Assembly (NCBI GenBank): GCA_965153285.1 | Contig: OZ229112.1 | Source of the DNA: Podarcis tiliguerta | Taxonomy: Eukaryota | Strand: one strand, 5' to 3' | DNA length: 64,000 nt | Part shown: positions 24,199 to 36,970 of the stretch, piece after piece | How the letters are laid out: each line of letters begins with the position of its first letter | How positions within the stretch are numbered: the stretch's first letter is position 1 | Made by a program: the position numbers and the translations under genes | The notes under the pieces: model-generated | Databases searched by the model: none | The model's input: only the letters and a program-made list of their open reading frames with translations | What the model was told of the DNA's origin: nothing

Positions 24199-25945
24199 AG
24201 AGGAGACAGCAGCATGTGCACATCCCTTTGGACATGGGAAAGCTGCCCACTACACTGAAATGAAGCCCTGTATATGCACTTCGGGAACTCCTGCGCCTGC
24301 AAGAGGATCAAAGCATTAGGGCGTACCGAAGCTGGTTTGCCTGACAGCAGGTGTGATAGATGTAGATGCTACTATGACATTCAAGTTAGAGCTACACTTG
24401 ACAGCCTGTAAACAGAATTAACCTGGAGCAGGTGGCTTAGTGACCATGCACCGAAGAAATGTGCACTAATTTGCGGTTGTGATGAAAATAAATAAGGCAC
24501 AGCAGCTTCTCTCAGACTACTTCTGAGAATCCAAATATATTTATTATTTTTATTTATTAAATTTATATACCGCCCTTCATCACAAGCTCTCAAGGCAGAA
24601 TAAAATACAGGATTAAAACAACAAGTTTTAAAACAAAAACTACAAAGCAATACCTTCCCTTTGCCTGTGCTGCATGAACTAAGCATTGTGCATATGGGGA
24701 TGTGCTCTTCAATGCAGACAGCAATGAATCCACCAGATATTACCCCCACTCCCAAAGCACCCAGTGCTTCCTGGCTCATAGATGGGTGAACCAGACCAAG
24801 CTAGTTCAAATTTGGTGAAACACCGTCGCAAATCTAATGTCAAGAATGTTCATTTATGGATCACCAGCACCACACAAAATAATAGTAATAATGATAACAA
24901 CAACAATTATTGTTGTTATTATATACCCTCCACCAGCAGGTCCCTGAGCGGGTCACAACAATTTAAAATTCAGAATTTAAAAACCATTTCAATTGACCTA
25001 AAGTAACAGCAACAGGGTGTGTTCTGAAAACGCACATCTCAAGTGTAAAAAAATAAATAAAATTTCTATTTGATCATTTTTTATATAAAAATTAGTTTAG
25101 TTTAGGCAAGGGGTGAGTTCAGTCAGGGAAATGTGAAGCTAAGCTCACAGGCACATATTTTTATTATTCAATTCTCAAGGAATTAAAGAAGTGTTTTCAT
25201 TAAGGAAATGTACATTTTTATGAGTTTTTACCATTGTCCTACTTCTCATATCAGAAGTCATACAATTTCAAATGGATTCATTGCATTGTTTGAGGTTGGC
25301 TACTGTGATCTCGTCACACTGGAAAAAACTATACAAACACTTGTGATCTGTTCATGCCAGCATGTCAAAGATTCAAATATTTTCAGAGTAAATTTTAGTT
25401 GGCTGCCAACACAGCAAACACAATAGAATTGATGCAGCGACATGGAAAGGAAAACGCTACCCTAAATACCTAAAAGTTGCAGAAACACAGCCCAGTTGTG
25501 TATTCTTTCACTTGTTTGGTAGTTAGTAATGCAGGCTGTTTGGTCTGCTGTACAGCTATGCAAGGGGTAGCATCACAATAATCCCGTCAAGCAGGTAAGA
25601 TTGAGGCTATAAATCATAAATAACTCTGGAGTCAAATTCCCCTTCTTCAGGGAATGAAGGACTCCAGCTCAGAAGCGCTAAGAGAACCACAGTCTTCTCT
25701 GCTCTATTTAAATAAAGAGGCTCATCTCACAGAAGGAGTAGCTAGCTAGTAAGACAGGGTTGCAACTCCCATTTAAGGCTAAGACTAAGGATGACTGCTG
25801 CTGTAATAACAAAGTCTGAGCCCTGTTCTTATGGAGACTCCAGCTAAAGCCCTGCATTTAGCTGTTCAGGGTTCAGTTGAAGCCTCTACTATGCACTCCT
25901 GAGGCCATCTCTCAAAAACAGAACATACAAGCGAGCTTTATGGAC

Positions 25946-26092
25946 CAGTGGCGTAGCATGGGGGGTGCAGGGGGGGCCGGCCGCACCGGGCGCAACATCT
26001 GGGGGTTAGGGTTAGGGGGCGCAAATCCACGGGTTAGGGGGCGCAAATTACTTGCCTTGCCCCAGGTGCTGACAACCCACGCTACGCCACTG
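25946..26092. mobile_element. hAT MITE with perfect 8-bp TSD, GC-rich, containing TTAGGG units
   Basis: TIRs CAGTGGCGTAGC / GCTACGCCACTG and TSD ttatggac at 25938-25945 and 26093-26100. Confidence 0.92.
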
Positions 26093-28529
26093 TTATGGAC
26101 AAAGAAGGGTTTTATCCCGGGTTTCCTGCAATCAAACCCAGTATTCTAGCAGTATACTTCAGTGGCTACAACTACTACAACAGTAATATATAAACAGAGA
26201 GCAGACTTATCCCCCCCCCCCCCAGTTACAAGACACACAAGACAAAGTGGAGGGTTCCTCTAGATCAGGGCAGTCTAACCTTTCATGTCAAGTGGGCTGC
26301 AAGAGTACTTTGACACGGAACCTGCGGGTCACACACTGCACTAGGGAGCGGGGCGGGGGGAGAGCGCAAAATTTGACATACACCCCAGCCCCTCATGTTG
26401 TCTTACGTCATATAAAGTTGCCTAAGCTAGGAAATTAAGAGCTAAATTTGTGGCTCAACTCTGAATGTTATTTCTGTTTTGTTATGGCTTATAGCTAAAA
26501 ATAAAATAAAACTATTACCTTCCTACCTAGCATACAAATCTGAAACAAGGTGTTTTAAAAAAACATTGTTAGAATAGAAAACAAATCAAAATAAGCTATC
26601 ATGCTGCTATATCTAAAACTCCATGTATTTTTAGGTGCTAAAACTGCCTTATGGCATTTTCTTGAACTTCATAATGTATTCTGTAAAAAAAAGAAAAAGA
26701 AAAAGAAAGAACAAAAGAGATGTTCCAGAAACAGAAAGGAAAGTTCCAGCTGGAAGAAAATAGTTTGGTATTTTTGGTAAGGGAAAGGCGTGGGTTATAT
26801 TAAAAAAAATAAAAAATCCCATGAATTTTGCTTGCTGCTCAGCTGAAAAACAAAATAGCAACTAGGATATATATTTTATCTTTAATTTCGAAAGTCACTT
26901 ACAACTACAGGAATCAATCCACCCATTAATGAATTGAAGCCAGCTTTGAGGCAAAGAGGAGCAGCTGTTTAACAGTTCATAGTAACACTATGCAATCACT
27001 TAGGCCAAGAAGCAAACTCCATTTCATCCAACTGAGTCTACGAGGGGATTTGTTTTTGGAAGCTGAAACATAGCTGCTCTGATTGGAAGTTATTGCTTGG
27101 GTATCCAAGCAATACTAATGGATGTATTTCAGTTTTATTTACTAAGATCCCTTGGATCACTAAATATGAAAATACTAGGATGAGGATTCAGTGTAAATAA
27201 AGGAAGAACCACTGTAAGACCTGGTAGCTAGCTGCACACTTTAATAGGAATGACTAACAGTCCTTTGTATTATCTCTGATTTGTTACTGAATTATTGTTT
27301 TGTGATATTTTACTGTGCTTTGATATTGTTGCTAGCTGCTCTGGTAGGGGCATAACAAAAACAAAAACAGTAATTAATTATAGAAATTAGGATGCTGCTG
27401 CACCTAACATGAAACACCCTCCACACATCTTGCTTCTTTCATTACCAGCAGGGCAAGTTTTACACCAACGTTCCACAGGACACTAAATTCGATACTGTGA
27501 GTCGGATTTGTTCTAAAGATAACACTTCCAATTCCTCCAAATGAGGCTGAAAAATCACTACCTTAGTTTAGTTTATTGTGGGGAATTCACAACTGGCAGT
27601 CTTACATCTACAAATGTCCTGGCTTGCATACATATACAAACGTGGATGGGAATATTAACCTTCTTGTTATGCACAGCAGCTGCAAGTAGAGAAATCATCA
27701 TATCTCAGCTGAGAGGGAAGGCTAAAAACAAAGACCAACCCCAGACTTCAAAACGCAGGAAGAGATAAAATTAAAAAGAGGATTTATGGTGCTGCTTCAA
27801 CCCCTTCTGCTGTATAAGATGTGAATGCCACGAGTGTGCTTTTAAACATTATTATAATTTTAAATCAAGCTTTCAAGATCAAATGGGTTAAACATACAGA
27901 CAATGCAGTAGCAGTTCAGCATGCTCTGTGTGAATATTTAAATTTGCTACGGGGAAATCCAGCCCTACCAAGAATTATTATTTTTTACTTAAGCATTTCG
28001 ACTTCAGAAATCTTTTGCCCTGTTTTCTCCTGCTTGACACTTTAATGCATCATGCCTGTTAACTGTATTTCCTTGCCAGTGGCTCCTAGTCCATCAGCAG
28101 TCTTGCATGCTCAAGGCTCTGGAGGAAATATGGAGAAAATGCTTTGCTAGCACTAGCAATATGAAAAATGAATTACAAATACAGAGATAGCACTGGAAAA
28201 TGCTGATGGAGGACTCAGCTGCATGTAAAAGATTATATGTATTCAGACTCCTGCAGTTTACATTGCTAAGAGAATCTATATTCTGAACCCATCCATACGA
28301 AGAACAACACAGTTATTCTGGATTTACAGTAGTACAAATCCAAAAAGGTTATGCTACTTCACCAAAGCAGAAACAACCATATCCCCCACTTCATTGACTC
28401 TGCCATGTTAAGTCACAACCATTTTGGTCACTGGCCTGTGTAACACAGGCAGCAAAAGAGAACCCACCCCAGGTTCTCTCAGTACTTCACAGAAACATAA
28501 TATTCACATGATGGTCTTATATGAGTATA

Positions 28530-28878
28530 GCCGGTGGTCAACAAAAGAGGTTTTAAGACTCTCTCAAGGCAAATCTTTAAAAATGTAGTATAAACACCAA
28601 CAACTGGGAAACACTGGCCTGCGAGCATTCCAGTTGGAGAACAGCCTTTACCAGCTTTGAATACGCTTGAACTCAGGATGAAAGGGAGAAATGTGCTATG
28701 AGGAAGGCACACTTGGCAAACCCTCACCATGATCAACTCCCACCCAGAAACCTATGTCCCCATTGTGGAAAGATGTGTGGATCCAGAACTGGCCTCCACA
28801 GTCACTTACGGACCCACTGTTAAAACCGTGTTTATGGAAGACAATCTTACTCAGCTACGAGTGATCGCCAAATAAAGA
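28530..28878 (+). mobile_element. RTE-clade LINE 3' end (5'-truncated)
   Basis: GGQQKRF*DSLKANL*KCSINTNNWETLACEHSSWR and a C-terminal zinc-finger CPHCGKMCGSRTGLHSHLRTHC*, followed by a short 3' UTR and an A-rich end. Confidence 0.85.
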
Positions 28879-31800
28879 GATTTACATCAGGTGCATTAAA
28901 TAGACTGACGACCTGACATGATAAAGAGTCAGCTTTACTCAAAAGTAAGTGTCACTGGTATGCATGACATACCAAGTCAATCCTTGCCTTAGCGAGACCA
29001 CATGAAGATGCAAGCTCTGAAAGGAACTTGCAGCCACACGACTCCTCCCCTGCACCAAGCCAAACTTCGGCTTAGCATATCATCCAAACCAAGATTCATG
29101 GTTAATCTCTCTCCTCACTAACCATGAGATGTAAGCAAAGTTTGTTCTTGATTACAGTTTGTGGTTAGTGTGGAGAGAGATTAAACACGAGCGAGCCCTA
29201 TTTCAGATTACACACTAAACCAAACTTGGACTTCAGAATGTGGCGGGCAACAAAAAGGACCAGGGAAAAGCCAAGTAGCTGTGGGTTTCACTAAATCAAA
29301 GTCCGGTTTAGCAAGTTATGCAAACCAGGCCAATTATTTCAATGCCCTCAATTGCAAATAAGTGCACACACTACTGAACCCAGATAGTGCAGTACAGGCT
29401 GAGAATGCAGTGGGTTTACGAAGAATGAAGTAAACTGAAACATAACGCAATTAAAATTATTATTGTCTATTGCAGTTCATGATACTATGAAAGACTGAGC
29501 CTTAGATCCAGATAAGTGCGAGGTTCCATTTGCTCAAATATGAGATGTTTTAATCTACCTTCCAGTGGCAATCCCTGCTCTATCTGAAGGATTAACGTTC
29601 TGCATGTTCAACAGACATCAAAATGAGCCATGACCTCTGTGTACAAAGAGGAACACTTTAGTGCAAGTTTAGACTCCTCTCTATCCAAGGCTTAGTGTCT
29701 TAGGTGGTAGAGTATCAAGGAATCCAAAGGCCAAATAAATTCGCTTTGCAACTGTGCATTTCCTTTTGACAAAATTACAGCATTAATTGACAGCTCTAAT
29801 ATAGGGTCTAGCATGGGAAATTCTGGCCCTTATGTCCTGCAAGTCGAGTCAGCCAATATAAGTGTTGGCCATGTAATATGCAAGGATGGTTTCTCATGGA
29901 AGCTGTTTTTGACTGTGCCCACAGGAGGCCCTTCTGACATGCATTTCGTAAGTTTGCTTGGTTGATTTATATACCAAGGTCTCAGGGCAGCACACAAAAT
30001 TAAAAAATATTTTAAAAAGTTCTAGATAAAGAGAAAAGAAGCCCTCACTCAGCATCTGAATAAAAATTTGCAATATTCAGATGCTTATGAGTTTTCACAT
30101 GGTGACCTGACCACTAATTGCTGATATGTCTCAACTAGCCAACTAGTACTTCCAAACTTTAAAATGAAGTGCCTAACCCCCCCCTTTTTAAGAGAAGGAA
30201 CAAACAACATTCTGAGCATACACATTAAAACATTTTTGTAACAATTGTCTGAACTATAATTGGGGTGGTGGTGGTAGCATGGTGTAAAGTGAAATTCCTT
30301 CTGTAAAAACCTCCTCTTGTACACATCACATTGCACAATAGTTTGGGTCATTGTATGCCCCCCCCCCACCTATGACCTATGAAAAAATATAGTATTCACA
30401 CAGTGCAACTCTGCAATACTACATTTGTCCAGTCTGGACTGTGATGAATATCTGCTTTCCTCACACTTAAAACTGGGTTTGCATATTTGAATACCATACC
30501 AATTCCTGCAATTTTTGTATATGTAGCATATTTTACTATATATACAGGCAAGTGTCGGAAGGCATTAGTCATTTCACATAAGACATTTGGCAATACCCTG
30601 ACATCCAACATAGCCGGCAGCTACTTTCTGGTGGAGTGGAATCACTTAACGTATTACCAGAAATTACCTACAATGACACATTTGGACATGGATCTTTATG
30701 CTTGATGGCAGGAAGGCAGGACTAATTATAAATAAATAAAATTTGTGTCTATGGTACCTTTTTGTAACCTGCCCTGGGACCACTCAGTGAAGGGTGAGCT
30801 AGAACCACAAATAATAAATACCTGAATCTGTTCTTAGGTCTCCTTGTATTCAAAAACAAAACAGGGAAACAAGAACTAACACAGGAATGCATACTGCTTT
30901 AACTCTCCCTCTCCTTTACTTCTCTAGCAGCTTCAAGATAAACACAAAGGAAGTGAACTAAAGCTGTGTGTCCCCCTTTGTGCTCACTGATTTGCTACGG
31001 AGAAGGCTATAGCGTTTTGTGCCGGCAGATTGTATCCCCCTTCCATTTCAACAAACAGACCCCAAAAAGATGTAAGCCTCCCACTGCTTGAAGGCCTTTA
31101 TTAAATACACACCATCAAATACACTCCTTTTTCGAAGTGTTACAAGCTACAATGTGTGTGCTCAGCAGTGTCTATCAGAGCCCATGTGTCTCAACTTGGG
31201 CACCCATCAAGAGACATTCAAAATTGGAAACCCCTTAAAATTTAATCCCAAGTTTATTTGTTGCCTTTATTACTTCTTCATATCCAACCCGTTGAGGAAG
31301 TCTAAAGCTCAGTTGTTGTTGCCATCCTTCATTTTTATAGTGCACTCACTGTATCCTTCCATGGTAATTGCAGAGATTTGTCACATGTGAGCATACTCTC
31401 CTTATCCATAATATACAGCTTCTGAAAGTCTTGGCCAGGACAAAAACAAGAAAAAGGAAAAGGAAAGTGATTTAACTCTTTATGGCTTCCTGCTTTTTCA
31501 GGGTTATTTGCTGATCTCCAAGAATGGTATTACTCTTTGGCACCAAGTCCAAACCACACTAGAGAGAGGCTTGTCTGCTTAGTAGTGAATATAGTGTTCC
31601 TACATAATATACCATCTGGGTTATTAAAACAAAAAATAGTTACCATTCAAGAGGGTAACTACTTCTTCTGTAGAGATGTCGGAATGATGTTGCTTCTAAA
31701 AGTCTCAGGCTGCAATCCTAACCCTCCTTACCAAGGAGTAAGGCCTACTCAATTCAGTAAGAGTACTTCTGAGTAGACATTGTTAGGATTGCACTATTAA

Positions 31801-33571
31801 CCTTTCTTTTTAATTAGAAGGGTAGCATTCTGCACCAGAATACAGGATAATATAACCGATTGAATCCCTGCTCTTGATTGTTCAAGTTCTGCTTAGCAGG
31901 CATTGATTTTCTGCCTCAGCAGAAGTGAGCTTGCTCTGATGCATGCCATTTAAATTCATTTTACACAGTTGCTTAATGTGACTTGGCACAGCAAAGCCAA
32001 ACTAGCTTTCTGTGTCTAAATAAGATTCCTAAATTTCTAAGAGCATTTCTTGTGGTTTAGAAAAAAAGAAATCCGTGCTTTCAACACTGGGATCATGTTA
32101 CAGTTTAGTATATGACTTGGAAGCCATCAAAAGCGTTTCATAAAACTACCTCCCACCCAACTCACTTAAGCAAGTTCAACACTTCATTCATTCCAAGGAA
32201 CTTTGGGGGAGGTGGATTGCACTCTCTTATTTTATTTTAATCAAGGCGCCAAAGATCGGCATTTTGTTTCAATTGCCAATGACATTCGAACACTACAGGC
32301 TTCCCCTTCAAAACTAATGATGTGGTAGAAAAACACTGTGCGCGTTCACTCTCTGTGACATTTATAAGTGTGTTGTTCTAGGGTTTTTTGTTTTTGTTTT
32401 GAAAAACAACAACTACCTATCATGGCCCAGTTCACATGTACTATGTACTTGAGCTGGAACAAGCCCAAGCAAATTATTGGGCTCATAAACTTCGCCTTTC
32501 CTCCTCCTCCTTCTATGCAGCTGGGGAAAGTATGTGTTTATTTTTGGTTACAGAGAATCCTGGTTTGTTGTTGTGTACAAACTAAACATCATAGTTTTAA
32601 ACGAACTCTGATCGCTTTCAAAACAAGCCAACTTCAAATTACGGGTTATGTAGCTGGCATGTTTTAACACCCCAGAATTTGTTTCAAACCACAATCTCTG
32701 ATTCATATATAACAAGCCAAAATTCTGTGAAACCAGAAGTAGACACTAGTGGTCACATGGAAGGAGACGAGGGGGGCAAATGTGCCTAAGGCTTTGCTTG
32801 GGCTTGTTCCAGTTCATGCTTGGAGTGCCAAACCACTGCTTACTGTTACGTTCAAATGCATGTAGACGCTGACCAAAATGTTAACTTGACTATCAGAAAT
32901 CTTCCACAGTGCTAGGGTCCTAATAGTTTGCTTCATATTTTTCAGGGGTGCCACACAATTCTTTTAAATATTTCATGTTAGCAAAATCAGGACTCATTGG
33001 TCTCCCTGCATCTAGAGAAGAATACTGCAACTTTGGGGATTTCCAGTTGGCCAGTGATAGCAGTAATTTGACTGGGTGTGTATTACTTCTGAAAATTTTG
33101 AAACTGAATGGTGGTAGCACTTTCACAGTGACGTAATCTTTTTAAAAAAGAGTAGGGAAATACTGATGAAAACACAATTAACTGGAACAAAATCCCCCGT
33201 AGTTCAGGTAATTTCATACTAGACACCTCAAGTTTTACACCCCTTGGCAGAAGTGTTAGCAGGCTGTCACCCTTTCATAAATTGTTTAAATTATGATACC
33301 ATGGAACCTTTTATAAGCCCCATTACTAACTACTGCCATTGCTTCTGCAATCAGTTTCATAAATACATAGCGTATTTTTGGGGAGAAGCTTAATGTGATG
33401 ATAACAACAAGACAGCCATGGTAATTTCAGTGTCTCATGATTCTGCTCCTAGACAACAACGACAAAAAAATGGAGGAAGGGACAAGTAATGGTGCAGAAA
33501 AACACAAGTTTTAATTTATTTGCAGCCAATGGAGATCTTCATTTCCCTCTCAGGCATGAAGGAAACAGAGC

Positions 33572-33650
33572 CATGCCACAAGCCATGCAGTGTGGGTGAC
33601 ATGCAGTTTTTTGTTTGTCTTTTTAAAAATCATAACTGACATAGTTAGTA
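33572..33650 (-). promoter_or_regulatory. Cluster of RBFOX (UGCAUG x2, GCAUG x1) and QKI (UACUAAC) motifs downstream of the cassette exon
   Basis: Plus-strand catgc 33572-76, catgca 33584-89 and 33600-05, and gttagta 33644-50 read as sense-strand GCAUG, UGCAUG and UACUAAC, 140-220 nt downstream of the 33792 donor. Confidence 0.55.
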
Positions 33651-33791
33651 AAAACAAAAAAGCAAATTCCTTTTCAGATGCAAGCATTATACTTGATCTG
33701 GAGTGCCTTCAATAGCCAAATGGCATATAACATTTAGGAGAAAAAACCCTGTCAAGATCCCACAGCAAGTCCAGTTTACATGGCTACCTAC

Positions 33792-33920
33792 CCGTACTGG
33801 TCAGGCTGATGCATCATGGGAGCCTGAGTGCTGCCATAGTTGGGGTGCTGTGAAGAAAACATGGGGCGTCCGCCAGCCCCAGACTGGCTGGGATAAGCAG
33901 GCGACCTAATGTATGGTGGC
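33792..33920 (-). CDS. ARID1B: ARID1B in-frame cassette exon, 129 nt (43 codons), phase 2-2
   Basis: ttctgctttag|G CCA CCA TAC ATT AGG...GAC CAG TAC GG|gtaggt. It encodes (R)PPYIRSPAYPSQSGAGGRPMFSSQHPNYGSTQAPMMHQPDQY(G). The phase is symmetric, the P/S/Q/Y/G composition fits the ARID1B low-complexity region, and the flanking exons also join directly in frame. Confidence 0.8.
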
Positions 33921-35636
33921 CTAAAGCAGAACAAAAGAACAGCTTCTTTGGATTTGTATTGGATCACAAGCATGAACCACCTCGTCAGCTACAATCCTTC
34001 CATACTGAAGCATGTAGGATTCTTACTGTTGGGCAAATAGCCATATAGCTTTCCATTAGGAACCAAGGAGAAAAATGCTGTGCTTCCAAACCTCTTGGAT
34101 AAAAAGGGATTCATCCCACAAGTTGCTTCCTAATGTTCCTTTTGCAATTAAGGTCTAATGACTTCATAATCTTCCTACAGGTGTTAGATTACCTGGTGCG
34201 CACAATGTGATGAAGAGGTTTTGAAATGTTGTGTTTTGATTATGGAGATACAGCAACTGAAAAGTAAGTCTACAAAATAGATTTGAGAGTTAGGCTTCAA
34301 GTGGGAAAGCAATCTACAGGTATTATGTTTGTGTGTTTAAATCAAATATGAAATACTTTATCCAAATTCATAATGTGAATTGCAACCATGCACTCTATTT
34401 TACTGGCAATTATTAATGTTTAAAATTAATTATATTGCTTTTATGTTTGTAAAATACCAATTGCTCAAACCAAAACAAAAAAATGCATAAAACCTGTTGA
34501 TCTACTGAATTTCACAGGAGCCCAGGTCAGTAATTTAGAAAGGTAATGTGATTTTATCCTATTAAAATAGTAGTATTTTGGGGTTTTTAAAAGATGTTTT
34601 AGGTCTCCCTAATCCTCCATAGTACAAACAAGTTGTGTATACCTTTTCCTTTATATGCATAATAGACATAAAAATATCTGGAGTAATTAGTGCGTAAGGT
34701 CATCAATGGTATATTATATAACCAAATGCAATGTATATGTCTGTAGAAATGTGCATAAATATGTATTTTATATATGCATGCACTTAATATACACATGCAT
34801 ATAGATCCATCTTGCAAAACAATAATAAAATTCATTTTTCTGCTGGGGAAAAGCCTGTCTATTTCAACACTATGAAACAGAGAAACACAACATGATCTCA
34901 GGAAACGTGAGAGCATGTGTTCCCCATGGCTGCCATGGGCAGCACAAGGGAAGATGCTATTTGCGTTTCCACAGGTTTTTAGAACTGCAGGCACATACTG
35001 CAATCCAGTAACCAGGTATTCTCCCTTAAGGGTCTTGGAGATATCATCCCAGGGATAGTAGGCTGCACATATTAGCCATGGAGTGTAAATTTATGGTGCT
35101 ACCTCAAGACCTGAGGAAGATGCTTCCTGTACTGCAAAAACCACAAGACTAGAGATTAATAATCCATATTTCAGTCTCCACCTCAGAACAGCAGTTATAA
35201 ATTAGATATTCTGGTTAGCTTTAAAAAGGGTGGCCCCTGCCCACAACTGCTCATATCCATTGGCGAATGGATTTTGAAAATGTTCTGGAGATTTCAAATG
35301 CCCAAGAGACAACAACGATCCCAGCAATGGTGCTTCTTTCCACCCTCCTTTCCCCAACAATTCATGCCACACCTGTGTGTACTGAATTTACCCTTTCAGA
35401 ATTGCAGGGGTTAATTGTAGGGATTTTACTTTTTACGTCATATTAAAACTGTGGGACTTCCTGTTCTAAATACTTATATTCTTAGATATAAAACATGTCT
35501 TGAAATGGTAAACACCTGCCACTGTCATTTGGGTTTGTTTTAACAATTATACCATTTTGTCCTTTGCACAAACCTCCTTTACTTTATAAGCAAGTACATT
35601 TTAAATGGTTTCGGATCCTTTCCTTTGGATTCATAC

Positions 35637-35964
35637 CTGCTCTGGGCGGAGTTTGCAGCAGCCTGCATCACTGCTGCAGCCGCCTCCTGTGCCTTACGGT
35701 TCACAGTCGGCATGGGTGGTCCCATCCCTGGGCCTCCCTGCTGAGACATGCCTGGAGAATTGGGGGTCATACTGCTCATATTTCCAGGAAACGGTCTGCT
35801 CTGCATCCCAGCTGATGGCATTCGTCCCAGGGGTATGGTACCACAAGGCTGGCCTGGCCCTTGTCCATGCATCTGGCTGCTGGCATTTATACCCATACCA
35901 GGTCCTGGGCCACTGTAACTCGTGTTGGTCACTCCAGAGTACGTTGGCTGTCTGGAGTAGTTTC
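35637..35964 (-). CDS. ARID1B: ARID1B coding exon (approx. exon 8), 328 nt, phase 1-2
   Basis: ttttgtctag|GA AAC TAC...CAG AGC AG|gtatga. It encodes [10 protein letters not shown]...[28 protein letters not shown](R), containing the hallmark ARID1 motif [18 protein letters not shown]. Confidence 0.98.
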
Positions 35965-36744
35965 CTAGACAAAACAATGCAACAGAGGAAAATAAAGTTA
36001 CAACCTTGGATTCAGAGAAACAGCTTGCTGGAAAATCTCGTTCAATGAAGTAACCCAAACAGTGCAAGACACAAATGGAGGATTCCCTATCTATTATTCA
36101 ATACTGGTTTTCTGCAGATACGGATTTCTGAAAGTGGTGGACTTGCCTCACTGAGGAGATGTGGTGGACAGGAGAAGACAAGATTTTTTGGGAGATGGGG
36201 TGGGGGCTGCAGCTCCATAATCATCCTGCAACACCAGGAGCAGGGTTGAAAGAGTGGGGAAGTAGAAATATGGGGGTGAAACAAGGGAGGACCTTAAGAA
36301 AATCTAGCTAGGGTGAGTACTGTGCATTGCAGCCTGTGGGGGTATGTCTTCCTTGTTGCTCCTACACTTTGAAAAAGTGTTCCCAATTAAGCAGACTTTT
36401 CACTGAAATGGAAACATTAGATCCCTTTCCTCTCATTCTTCACATTCTAGAATAAGAAACATAGAACATATATAATTCCTTCCTCATGCCCTTTGTACAT
36501 TAACAAATAAAGATCTAGATTGGCATTGTCATAGTATCTTCATAATAGGTTCATATGCAAGCCCTGTTACATCATGTTTATTTCTTTTTCTTTGTTCTGT
36601 ACACTTTTAACTCAGTCATGCCTTACAAGTTCTATCTTGTGATTTTAAAGGAAATTAAATAACACTTAGCATTTGCTTTGGGAACCGACAACAATGTGCT
36701 TAAAATGAAATGCCAGCCTCCAGTTTTAGCTGCTATTTTAAATA

Positions 36745-36970
36745 CAGTGGTACCTTGGGTTAAGTACATAATTCGTTCCGGAGGTCTGTTCTTAACCTGA
36801 AACTGTTCTTAACCTGAAGCACCACTTTAGCTAATGGGGCCTCCTGCTGCCGCCGCGCCGCCGGAGCACGATTTCTGTTCTCATCCTGAAGCAAAGTTCT
36901 TAACCCGAGGTACTATTTCTGGGTTAGCAGAGTCTGTAACCTGAAGCGTATGTAACCCGAGGTACCACTG
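36745..36970. mobile_element. Tc1/mariner (Tigger-like) MITE
   Basis: TIRs CAGTGGTACCTTGGGTTA / TAACCCGAGGTACCACTG flanked by TA at 36743-44 and 36971-72, with internal repeated taacctgaa motifs. Confidence 0.9.

Noticed and set aside
26000-26040. TTAGGG units as an interstitial telomere or fusion scar
   Set aside because: Only three units, and they lie within a TSD-bounded MITE.
35564-36048. Plus-strand ORFs overlapping the 328-nt exon
   Set aside because: Antisense shadows of a GC-rich coding exon, with no independent support.
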